A stretch of DNA of 64,000 bases from Candidatus Eisenbacteria bacterium RBG_16_71_46 (GTDB lineage Bacteria; Eisenbacteria; RBG-16-71-46): the NCBI GenBank assembly GCA_001780165.1, contig MFFQ01000079.1, positions 2,348 to 66,347 of the forward strand. The letters are read 5' to 3'. A program made the translations under genes and the position numbers. The notes under the pieces are model-generated. The model was given only the letters and a program-made list of their open reading frames with translations, did no database searches and had not been told where the DNA came from. Positions 41,840-50,148 of this stretch are shown one piece after another. Each line of letters starts with the position of its first letter. Position 1 is the first letter of the stretch.

Positions 41840-43246
41840 CTAGACGGGAGCCGCCGGCTCCCCGAGGGGCTCCGCTCAGCAGTACCAGGGCTCGGTGAGG
41901 AACGGCACCGGCGGTCGCCTGGGCGCGCGCGCGGTCCACGCCAGCGCGCGCGCGTGCCGGCCGGCGGCGGCCTCGGCCAGGGCGCGGGCGCGCGCGAACA
42001 CCGCCCCGCGCAGCTCGCCCCGGGCGCTCGCCGCCGCCACCATCGCCTCCACCTCCCGCTGCAGGCGGTCCACGCCGGGGTCGGCGTGCCGCCAGGGATG
42101 AACCAGGCGCGCCTCGTCGAAGGGCTCCACGAGGTCGCGCACCTCGGCCAGGTCGAGCAGGCGCGAGCCCGCCGGCACCAGCAGGCGGATCGCGAGCTGG
42201 ACCGGGGCGACGCTCTCCACCAAGTCCAACTCGTCGAGGTTGTCGAGCAGCTCGAGGTAGCCCGCGCGCGTGGTCCAGGGGTGGAACGCGACGAAGGTGG
42301 GATGAAAGTGCAATCCGGCCTCGCGCAGCAGCGCCACGGCCTCGACGAAGTCCGCCCGGGTGTGCCCCTTGTCGAGCAACGCCAGCACCCGATCGTCTAC
42401 CGACTCCACCGCGCTGGTGACGAACAGGCAGCCGGTCTCGCGCAGGGTCGGGAGGTGCTGGCGATGGCGCAGCAGGTGCTCGATCTTGATGGTGACGTCG
42501 TAGGTGAGGCGTGGGTGCTCGGCGTGCAGCGCCCGCACCAGCGGCAGCACGTGCCCGGGCCCGTTGAAGAAATCCGGGTCGCCGAAGGTGACGTGCTCGG
42601 CCCCGGCCGCCACCTGGCGGCGGACGTCCTCCAGCACGATTTCGCGCTGGACGATGCGAATGCGTCCCTGGTAGACCGGCACCACCGGGCAGTGGCGGCA
42701 GAGGTGCCGGCAGCCGCGGCTGGCCTCGGTGTAGCCCACCACGCGCGCCCGTCCGTCACCGCGCTCGAGGCGGGCGTAGCGCTCGAGCGCGGGCAGCGCA
42801 CCGCGCTCGGGCACCCGGAACTCGAGCCGCTCGGTGGGCGGCCCCGGCGCGGCGGGCGGCGCGGGGACGTCCTCCCCGGCGAGGTGGCGCGCGAGGCGCA
42901 CGAGGTCGGCCTCGTACTCCGCGCCGAGCACGGTATGGACCCCGAGGCCGCGCAGGTGCGCGGCGTTCATTGGCGCGTAGAGGCCGTAGGCGCACAGGTG
43001 CGCCCGCGCGTGGAGCGCGCGCACGCGCGGGATCTCGCGCGCGGCGAGGCGCGTGGCGGCGTGCATCGGCAGGTGGAACGCCACCAGGCCGGCCGCGCGC
43101 ACCGCCTCCGGGTCGAGTGCCTCCAGCGCCAGATCGAGGCAACGCACGGTGAAGCCCGCCTCCCCCAGCCAGGCCGCGGGCGAGGCCAGCCCGAACGGCT
43201 GGCGGCCGAGGTCGTAGGTCGAGACCAGGAGGATGGTGCGCATCAT
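41840..43246 (-). CDS. radical SAM selenoprotein with C-U-A-E-P tail (UGA 41876-41878 read as selenocysteine); B12-binding-like N-domain
   Basis: The rSAM cluster motif is CRHLCRHC (CX3CX2C). The track ORF ends ...FLTEPWYC at TGA. The same frame continues GCG GAG CCC (AEP), then LGEPAAPV and TAG at 41840-41842. A stable hairpin lies 13 nt after the UGA. Confidence 0.8.
41846..41862 (-). promoter_or_regulatory. SECIS-like stem-loop downstream of the in-frame UGA
   Basis: On the mRNA, GGGAGCC-GGC-GGCUCCC forms a 7 bp perfect stem (or 6 bp with a 5 nt G-rich loop). It starts 13 nt 3' of the UGA, the position expected for a bacterial SECIS. Confidence 0.5.
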
Positions 43247-43315
43247 TCCACGTCGGGCGTCGGCACGGCGCGGCGGGCAGCCGGCGGCAACCGCGCCGGC
43301 TCGCCCCGGGCGCGC

Positions 43316-43909
43316 TCAGGCCAGCGGGGACTGGCCTCCCTTGGACGGCCGGTAGTAGGGATTGGAGCCGCCGGCATGATCCGTGGAGTCCACGATCTCG
43401 CGGATGCCGGGCACCGCCTCGCGGATGCGCACCTCGATGCCCTGCTTGAGCGTGACGTCCACCATGCCGCAGCCCTGGCAGCCGCCGCCCAGCGCGATGT
43501 AGGCGACGTCGTCGCGCACGTCGAGCAGCGTGACGAAGCCGCCGTGCGAGGCCACCGCGGGGTTGATATCGCGGTCGATCACCTCCTGCACCGCCCGGGC
43601 TCTCGGGTCGGTCCACAGCGGGTTGGGATTCTCGATCTTGAAGCCGCCGCCCTGGGCGGTCTCGACGTAGTCGACCGAGGCGCCCGCGAGATGGGTCGCG
43701 CTCTCGGCGTCCACCAGCACCGTGAACCCGCCGGCGTCGATTGCGGTGTCGCCCGCGCCGCGCTCGGAAAGCGGCACGAAGCGCAGCACGTAGGTGAAAC
43801 CGTTGAGGCCGCGCCCGCCGATGCCGAAGCGCAGGGCCAGGCCCTCGCGCTTCTCGGCCGCGATCAGCTCCCGGATCTTCTCGCTCGCCTTCTCGGTGAT
43901 GGTCACCAT
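43316..43909 (-). CDS. nfuA: NfuA-type Fe-S cluster carrier (degenerate A-type domain + Nfu domain)
   Basis: ATG at 43909 gives the 197 aa protein MVTITEKASEKIRELIAAEKREGLALRFGIGGRGLNGFTY..., a HesB/IscA-like fold without the Cys triad. The C-terminal Nfu domain reads HGGFVTLLDV...IALGGGCQGCGMVDVTLKQGIE, with a CXXC motif. Confidence 0.85.
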   Translation of the reverse strand: MVTITEKASEKIRELIAAEKREGLALRFGIGGRGLNGFTYVLRFVPLSERGAGDTAIDAGGFTVLVDAESATHLAGASVDYVETAQGGGFKIENPNPLWTDPRARAVQEVIDRDINPAVASHGGFVTLLDVRDDVAYIALGGGCQGCGMVDVTLKQGIEVRIREAVPGIREIVDSTDHAGGSNPYYRPSKGGQSPLA

Positions 43910-45240
43910 CGTCGCTCCGCCCCCGCATCGGCCCGAACGCCCGGCGCCGCGCCCGGACCGGGTTGGATGTCGAACTCGAGCCAGCGGTGCGCCTCGCGCA
44001 GCGCCGCCTCGACCTGCTCCGGCGCGCCGCCGCGGGCGAAGATGAAGCCGAGGTAGCGCGCCCCCTCGGGCAGCGGCACCAGCTCGTCCCCCACCGGTAT
44101 CGTGATGCGCACGTCCTCGATCCCGGCCACCGCCCGCGCCGCCTCCACGCCGCGCACCCCCGCCAGCGTGCCGGCGCGCGGGATCGGGATCATCATCACC
44201 CCGGCGGCGGCGCGCTCGCGCTCGAGCCCGCCGGACTCGAGTCCCAGCGCCGCGCCGAGGATCACCTCCTCCAGCGAGCGGCCCTCGCCGAAGCGCAACA
44301 CCCGCGAGCATAGCCCGCCGATGGAGCGCGGGGCAATCTCCAGCAGGTGGGCCTCGCCCGCGTGATGGCGCAGCTCGGCGTGCACCGGGCCGTCGGAGAG
44401 CCCGAGCGCGGCCACCCCCGCCGCCGCGCGCCCCTCCACCGCCGCGCGCGCCGCGGCCGGCAGCCGCGACGGGGTGACGTAGATCGTCTCCTCGAAGAAC
44501 GGTCCCTCGAGCGGATCGGGCTTGTCGAAGACGGCGAGCACCCGCGGCACGCCACCCGTGACCAGCCCCTCGACCGCCACCTCCACGCCGGGGAGGTAGC
44601 TCTCGACCAGCAGGTGGCGCGCCAGCTCGTCGCCGGGCCGCGCCACCTCGGGGCGCCCGAGCAGCGCGGCGACCCGGCGGAAGGCCGCGGCGAACTGCTC
44701 CGGATCGTCGGCGCGGATCACGCCGCGGCTGGCGGCCAGCCCGAGCGGCTTGAGCACGCAGGGGAACTCCACCTCGCGGGCCAGGGCGAGCGGATCGGCG
44801 TCGAGCGCGAAGCGGTGGAAGCGGGGCGTGGGGATGCCGGCGGCGGCCAGCGCCCGGCGCATCCGGTACTTGTCGCGCGCGGCCGCCACCGCCTCGGGGG
44901 GATGGTGCGGCAGGCCGAGCGCGCGCGCGGCGAGCGCCGCGGTGAGGACCCCCTCGTCGTCGGCCGCGAGGATCGCCGCGAGCGGCCGGCGCGCGGCGAA
45001 GCGGCGGATGACCTCGACCGCGACCTCGGGCGCCGAAAAGTCGAGCGTCAGGTGCCCGTCGGGGTTGAAGCCCGCGAGCGCCTGCGGTCGCTCCGATCCC
45101 ACCGTGAGCGGCGCTCCCAGCCGTTGCGCCGCTTCGACGAACGCTCCGGCGCGATAGGACTGCGTGGTGACGAGCAGGAGCACGCGCCCCGGGCGTCTCG
45201 CCGGAACGACTCCACCCCCCTCACTCCAGTAGCGGGTCAC
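43903..45240 (-). CDS. ATP-grasp domain protein (carboxylate-amine ligase type), substrate unknown
   Basis: The 445 aa ORF has a pre-ATP-grasp region RVLLLVTTQSYRAGAFVEAA. ATP-grasp blocks include DKYRMRRALAAAGIPTPRF, FPCVLKPLGLAASRGVIRAD and LLVESYLPGVEVAVEG. The start is GTG. The 3' end overlaps the nfuA-like start by 7 nt. Confidence 0.8.
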   Translation of the reverse strand: MTRYWSEGGGVVPARRPGRVLLLVTTQSYRAGAFVEAAQRLGAPLTVGSERPQALAGFNPDGHLTLDFSAPEVAVEVIRRFAARRPLAAILAADDEGVLTAALAARALGLPHHPPEAVAAARDKYRMRRALAAAGIPTPRFHRFALDADPLALAREVEFPCVLKPLGLAASRGVIRADDPEQFAAAFRRVAALLGRPEVARPGDELARHLLVESYLPGVEVAVEGLVTGGVPRVLAVFDKPDPLEGPFFEETIYVTPSRLPAAARAAVEGRAAAGVAALGLSDGPVHAELRHHAGEAHLLEIAPRSIGGLCSRVLRFGEGRSLEEVILGAALGLESGGLERERAAAGVMMIPIPRAGTLAGVRGVEAARAVAGIEDVRITIPVGDELVPLPEGARYLGFIFARGGAPEQVEAALREAHRWLEFDIQPGPGAAPGVRADAGAERRW

Positions 45241-45348
45241 GGGCCCTGCTCCCCCGGCGACGTCTCGACGCCGATTCCGGCGTGACTCCCGGCGCGTGGC
45301 ATGGCACCCGCGCCGTGGAGCCCGCCGGCTGTGCGCGGCGGCGTGCGA

Positions 45349-46134
45349 CTACGAGCGGCCCGGCTGGAGCAGGCCGAAAACAGCGCCCTGCGGATCCATC
45401 AGCACCGCGAACGACCCCACCCGCGGCAGCGTCATCGTCGGCGCCAGCACCCGGGCGCCGAGCCCGCTCGCGCGCTGCACCGTCTTCTCGCAGTCCTCGA
45501 CACCGAAGTACGTGAGCCAGCTCGGGGGCGCCTCCCCCATCTCCTTGGGCTTCGGCATCATCCCCGCGGCCTGGGTCTCGCCGCGCCGGAACACCGTGTA
45601 CACCATGGTCTCCATCGGCTGGAGCTTGGCCTGCCATCCGAACAGCCCAGTGTAAAACGCTTCCGCCGCCTTCGTGTCGCCGGTCACCAGCTCGGTCCAG
45701 GTGGCCGCACCGGCCTCGTTCGTGACGCCCACGCCGATGTGTTTCTTCGCCTGCCAGAGCGCGATCGTCGCGCCGGTCGGATCCTGCACCACCGCCATGC
45801 GGCCGACGTCCATGACGTCCATTGGCTCCATCATCACCTTGCCGCCAAGAGTGCGCGCTTTCGCGACGGCGTGATCCACGCTCTCGACCGCGACGTAGTT
45901 CATCCAGTGCGAGGGAATGCCCTGCGCGCGCATCTCGGGGGAGATCTGGTAGAGGCCGGCGGCGTCCTTCTCGCCCTTCTCGAGCATGCTATAGGTGCCC
46001 GACTCCCCCATCGGCATCTCGCGGACGCTCCATCCGAACAGCGTGGTGTAAAACGTCCTTGCCGCCGCCTGGTCGGTGGTGCCGAGCTCGAACCAGCAAA
46101 ACACCCCCGGTGCGTTCGTCGTGACTTGAGCCAT
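45349..46134 (-). CDS. two-domain VOC (glyoxalase/bleomycin-resistance/dioxygenase) family protein
   Basis: ATG at 46134 follows a GGAGGAGG RBS. The 261 aa protein has two repeats of F.W.EL.T.D...A..FY..LFGW...........Y.........AG......... The rest of track ORF 45349..46863 overlaps egtD out of frame. Confidence 0.85.
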   Translation of the reverse strand: MAQVTTNAPGVFCWFELGTTDQAAARTFYTTLFGWSVREMPMGESGTYSMLEKGEKDAAGLYQISPEMRAQGIPSHWMNYVAVESVDHAVAKARTLGGKVMMEPMDVMDVGRMAVVQDPTGATIALWQAKKHIGVGVTNEAGAATWTELVTGDTKAAEAFYTGLFGWQAKLQPMETMVYTVFRRGETQAAGMMPKPKEMGEAPPSWLTYFGVEDCEKTVQRASGLGARVLAPTMTLPRVGSFAVLMDPQGAVFGLLQPGRS

Positions 46135-46202
46135 GACCTGTCCCTCCTCCGGTGGGGTCCGATGCGTGACGGGGTGGAGGTTAGCATCCGGCGCGCCGGA
46201 AC

Positions 46203-47192
46203 TCAGGCGGCGATCAGCAGCGTCTCGGCGAACGCCCACTGCTGGTCGATCCACCGGCCACCTTCGACGCCGAAGCCCGTGCGCCGGCCGATCTCGCGCG
46301 CCTCGCCCGCCGCGTACTTGTGGGAACTCTCGGTCCAGATGGTCTCGCCCGGCGCGAAACGAACCCGGAGACCCGCGGCCGGCACCTGCACCTCCTGGGG
46401 CGAGGCGGCGCGCAGGTGCATCTCGACGCGGCGCTCGCTCGCGTCGTAGCGCACCGCGTGGGCGAAGGCATCGAGGTCGAAATCCGCGCCCAGCTCGCGA
46501 TTGATCCGGCCCAGCAGGTTGAGGTTGAAGGCCGCGGTGACCCCCGCGGCGTCGTCGTAGGCCGCCAGCAGCCGCGGCACCGGCTTTTCGAGATCGGTGC
46601 CGAGCAGCAGGCCGTCTCCCGGCAGCAGCGACCGCCGCACCTGGCGCAGGAACGACTCGGCCGCCGGCCGGTCGAAATTGCCGATGGTGCTGCCGAGGAA
46701 GAGCAACAGCAGGCGATGGCCCGCCGGCCGGCGCCGCGCGACGTCGCCGAGCCCGCCCAGGTAGTCGCTCTCGATGCCCTCGAAGCGCAGCGATGGAATC
46801 CGGTCCAACTCGCGCTCGCAGTGGCGCAGCGCCGCCGCCGAGATGTCGATGGGAAAGTAGCACGTCAGCGGCTGCCGGCGCGCCAGCGCCTCGAGCAGCC
46901 AGCGCGTCTTGCGCCCGCTGCCGCTGCCGAGCTCGCTCACGATCAGCGGGCCGGGGATTCGGCCCACGATCTCGTCCGCCCGCATCCGCAAGATGCGCTC
47001 GTCGGCCGCCGTGAGACCGTACTCCGGGAGCTGGCTGATCGCCTCGAACAGCGCAGAGCCGACGTCGTCGTAGAGGTATCTCGAGGGCAGCGTCTTCTGT
47101 CCGGACCGGGTCAGCCCGGCGCGCACGTCGGCGGCGAACTCCGCCGTGCCCTGAGCTTCGCCGCGGGCCAGATCTTCCGCCTGCCGGATCAC
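46203..47192 (-). CDS. egtD: L-histidine N-alpha-methyltransferase (ergothioneine biosynthesis)
   Basis: GTG at 47192 overlaps the egtB stop (GTGA). Motifs are LPSRYLYDDVGSALFEAISQLPEYGLT, VSELGSGSGRKTRWLLEAL, FLGSTIGNF and WTESSHKY. Confidence 0.9.
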   Translation of the reverse strand: MIRQAEDLARGEAQGTAEFAADVRAGLTRSGQKTLPSRYLYDDVGSALFEAISQLPEYGLTAADERILRMRADEIVGRIPGPLIVSELGSGSGRKTRWLLEALARRQPLTCYFPIDISAAALRHCERELDRIPSLRFEGIESDYLGGLGDVARRRPAGHRLLLLFLGSTIGNFDRPAAESFLRQVRRSLLPGDGLLLGTDLEKPVPRLLAAYDDAAGVTAAFNLNLLGRINRELGADFDLDAFAHAVRYDASERRVEMHLRAASPQEVQVPAAGLRVRFAPGETIWTESSHKYAAGEAREIGRRTGFGVEGGRWIDQQWAFAETLLIAA

Positions 47193-48505
47193 CGCGTCAC
47201 CAGCCGGAACGTGGTGCAGGCGTACGGGTAGTGGGGCTGGAACCAGTTGCGGAAGGAGCGCCGCAGCATGCAGGCCGCGGTGCGCGGTGAACCGCCCTTC
47301 ATGACGAAGTGCTGGCCGTCGAAGAAGTTGGCCGAGTAGCCCGCGTAGAAGGGAAACGGCACGAACCCGTCGAACGGGCCGAAGGTCGTCGCGGTCCACT
47401 CCCAGCCGTTGCCCACCAGGTCCGCGATCCCGAACGCGCTGTCGCCGGCCGGGAACGATCCCACCGGCGCCGGATCCCACCCGTGGAAGTCGAAGTTGCC
47501 GTGACGGGCCTCCGGCTCGTCCTCGCCCCACGGGTAGGCGCGCTCGTGGCCGTCGGGCGTACCGTACGCGGCGCGGTGGAACTCCGCCTCGGTGGGCAGC
47601 CGCTTCCCGGCCCAGCGCGCGTAAGCGCGCGCCTCGGCCAGACTGACGACCACCGGCGCGTCGAGCGGGAGCTGAGTCTCGTGAAACATGCCCCGCAGGT
47701 ACCAGCCGTCGGAGCGCCGCAGCCAGTCGTGCGGATTCTGGCTCGGCCGGCGCGATTGCCACGCCCAGTCGTCATCCGCCCACCAGCGCCGGTTCTCGTA
47801 GCCGCCGGCGCGGAGGAACTCGAGGAAACCGCCATTGGTCACCTGGGTGAGGTCGATCTGGAACGAAGGGACCTCGACCACGTGTTCGTCGAACTCGTTG
47901 TCCCAGCCGAAGGCCGTGTCGCGTCCGAGCCCGAGCGCGGCGCGGCCGGCGGGGATGCGGACCATGCGCCGCTTGAGTGCGCGCGGCGGCGGGGGTGCTA
48001 CCAGCGCCGGCGGGCGTTTGTGATTGGTCGGCAATTGGTGGAGCAGGTAGGCCAGCGTCTCGGCGTGCATCAGCCGGTGCTCGATCGCCACCTGGATCAG
48101 GGTGCCGTCGCGCAGCTCCGGCGCCGCCTCGCCGGCGTGGTCGAGGGCGCGGTCCACGGCCTCGCGGGCCCGGCGGTTGTACTCGCGCACCTTCTCCACC
48201 GGGGGCCAGTCCGAAGCAGGTTCGTTGGGCAGGCCGCCGTCCACCGGATCGATGCCGAAGGCGAACAACTGGTCGAACGCCGAGTCGAAGGAGGGCCTGC
48301 CGAGCGCGCCGCGCGGGATCAGGTTCCAGTCGAAGGCCTCGACGTGGCCGAGGTAGAAGATCAGGCGGTGCCGCTCGGGAATCGGCCGCTCGTGCAACGC
48401 CCCCGGGGCCAGCAGGTCGAACAGCTCGTCGGTGCGCGAGCGGGCGTCGGCGAGACGCTCGGCGAGCAGCGTGCGATCCTCGATGATCGTGCGTGCAGTC
48501 GTCAT
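47189..48505 (-). CDS. egtB: ergothioneine biosynthesis sulfoxide synthase EgtB (DinB-like + FGE-sulfatase domains)
   Basis: A GGAGG RBS precedes the start. The DinB iron-site region is IFYLGHVEAFDWNL...HRLMHAETLAY. The FGE-type domain has RLPTEAEFHRAA, VGNGWEWTAT and the terminal RSFRNWFQPHYPYACTTFRLV. Confidence 0.9.
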   Translation of the reverse strand: MTTARTIIEDRTLLAERLADARSRTDELFDLLAPGALHERPIPERHRLIFYLGHVEAFDWNLIPRGALGRPSFDSAFDQLFAFGIDPVDGGLPNEPASDWPPVEKVREYNRRAREAVDRALDHAGEAAPELRDGTLIQVAIEHRLMHAETLAYLLHQLPTNHKRPPALVAPPPPRALKRRMVRIPAGRAALGLGRDTAFGWDNEFDEHVVEVPSFQIDLTQVTNGGFLEFLRAGGYENRRWWADDDWAWQSRRPSQNPHDWLRRSDGWYLRGMFHETQLPLDAPVVVSLAEARAYARWAGKRLPTEAEFHRAAYGTPDGHERAYPWGEDEPEARHGNFDFHGWDPAPVGSFPAGDSAFGIADLVGNGWEWTATTFGPFDGFVPFPFYAGYSANFFDGQHFVMKGGSPRTAACMLRRSFRNWFQPHYPYACTTFRLVTR

Positions 48506-48591
48506 GACGGCTTCCTCCCCGGGACCATCGCGACCTCACGAAGCACCAATGCGCGGCCGCGCGGTGAATTTCCCTTAGGATGGGCGGGACC

Positions 48592-50148
48592 TCAGGTGGG
48601 TTCGCTCGGAAGCCGCAGCCCGCGCGGAATCGCGATCCGGTCCAGCAGTTCGAAGCCCCACTGTACCAGAAGGGCCAGCAGGGCCGCAGGAATCGCCCCT
48701 TGAAGGATGAGCGAAGTGCGCCGCAGCTGGATGCCCGACAGGATCGGGTCACCGAGCCCGCCCGCGCCGATCAGCGCCGCCAGCGTGGCGGTCCCGACGT
48801 TGATCACGGCGCTGGTCTTGATCCCCGCCATGATCGCGGGCGAGGCCATCGGCAGCCGCACGCGGAAGAGCTGTGCGCCGGGCGAGAGCCCGATCGCCGC
48901 CGCCGACTCCGTGAGCGCGGCCGGGATGGTGGCGATGCCGGTGTAGGTGTTGCGCACGATCGGCAGCAGGCTGTAGAGAAACAGCGCCACCAGCGCCGGC
49001 CGCACCCCGATCCCCAGCAGCGGGATGAGGAAGGCGAGCAATGCCAGCGACGGGATGGTCTGCAGCAGCCCCGCGGCCGAGAGCGTCACCGCCGCCAGCG
49101 GGCGCGAGCGCGTGGCCAGCACGCCGAGCGGCACCCCGACCAGGATCGCGGCCAGCAGCGAGATCGCCACCAGCCGCAGGTGCTGCGCGGTGTCGGCGAG
49201 CAGCGCCCGCCACAGACCCTCGCGCGCGGCGGTCGCACCCCCGGCCGCGCCCAGCGCCTCGAGCAGCAGCGAGTCGGCCGACTGCGCGAACGGCACCCGC
49301 TCGAGCACCACGCGGGCGTTGGCCCGGATCATCGCGGCCTCGTCGATGCGGCCCTCCAGGCGCCGCATCGCCGCGAGCGCCCGTGGCTCGCGGTGCTCGA
49401 GGTCGAGCCGGTAGAGCCACACCGCGTCGTAGCGGGGAAAGAAGCCGCGGTCGTCGTCGAGCACGCGCAGGTCCAGGTGCTCGATCTGCGCGTCCGTGGT
49501 GTAGATGTCGATCACGTCCACCTTGCCGCTGGCGATCGCCTCGTAGGCGAGTTCGTGCTGGATGCCGCGCACGTTTCGCGACGAGAGGTCGTAACGGCGG
49601 GCGAGCCCGGGAAATCCGTCCTCACGTCCGATGAACTCGTGGGTAAGCCCGAAGCGCAGGTCCGGATGGCGGGCGAGGTCGGAGATGGTGCGCAGTTGGT
49701 AGCGGCGCTGGGTGTCCGCGCTCACCGCCAGCGCGTAGCTGTCGTTGAATCCGAGCGGGGCGCTGATGCCGATGCCCCGCGCGGCGAGGGTGCGGCGCAT
49801 CGCCTCGAGCGACGGGCGGCCGGGATCCTGCAGCAGCACCTCGGCGATGGTCCCGGTGTACTCGGGATAGACGTCCACGTCTCCCGCGCGCAGCGCCTGG
49901 TAGACGATCTCGGTTCCGCCGAGGTTGCTGCGGTGGCGCACCTCGGGCACGCCGGTCGCGCGGGTCAGTGAGGCCAGCCCCTCGCCCAGGATCCAGGACT
50001 CGGGAAACGCCTTGGACCCCACGGTCACCGTGCCCGCGGCGGCCGCGGGGACTGCCGCGACCAGCGCGAGCGCGAGCCCGGCCACCAGCGCGAGTGCGAG
50101 CCGGGCCGTCGTCGCGAGCGCGAGCCCGGCCGCCGTCGCGCGCCTCAT
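48592..50148 (-). CDS. quaternary-amine (betaine/choline/ergothioneine-type) ABC transporter, fused substrate-binding domain (N-terminal) + permease (C-terminal)
   Basis: ATG at 50148 overlaps the ATPase stop (ATGA). The OpuC/OpuB-like SBD has TVGSKAFPESWILGE, GGTEIVYQALRAGDVDVYPEYTGT and FPRYDAVWL. The permease has TIPSLALLAFLIPLLGIG and the EAA-like region ESAAAIGLSPGAQLFRVRLPMASPAIMAGI. Confidence 0.9.
   Translation of the reverse strand: MRRATAAGLALATTARLALALVAGLALALVAAVPAAAAGTVTVGSKAFPESWILGEGLASLTRATGVPEVRHRSNLGGTEIVYQALRAGDVDVYPEYTGTIAEVLLQDPGRPSLEAMRRTLAARGIGISAPLGFNDSYALAVSADTQRRYQLRTISDLARHPDLRFGLTHEFIGREDGFPGLARRYDLSSRNVRGIQHELAYEAIASGKVDVIDIYTTDAQIEHLDLRVLDDDRGFFPRYDAVWLYRLDLEHREPRALAAMRRLEGRIDEAAMIRANARVVLERVPFAQSADSLLLEALGAAGGATAAREGLWRALLADTAQHLRLVAISLLAAILVGVPLGVLATRSRPLAAVTLSAAGLLQTIPSLALLAFLIPLLGIGVRPALVALFLYSLLPIVRNTYTGIATIPAALTESAAAIGLSPGAQLFRVRLPMASPAIMAGIKTSAVINVGTATLAALIGAGGLGDPILSGIQLRRTSLILQGAIPAALLALLVQWGFELLDRIAIPRGLRLPSEPT

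Noticed and set aside
45237-45302. A 21-codon ORF, MPRAGSHAGIGVETSPGEQGP, whose stop overlaps the ATP-grasp GTG start. I considered it as a RiPP precursor or leader peptide.
   Set aside because: It has no convincing RBS, and ORFs of this length arise by chance. The ATP-grasp (445 aa with a pre-ATP-grasp domain) looks like a small-molecule ligase rather than a graspetide maturase. I kept it only as a side note in the cassette finding.
46203-48505. Whether the EgtB homologue could be SenA of the selenoneine pathway, given the nearby selenoprotein.
   Set aside because: No SenB (selenosugar synthase) or SenC/SelD gene is in the window, and the gene is coupled to egtD in the standard egt arrangement. 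This cannot be excluded without phylogeny, but nothing in the sequence supports it.
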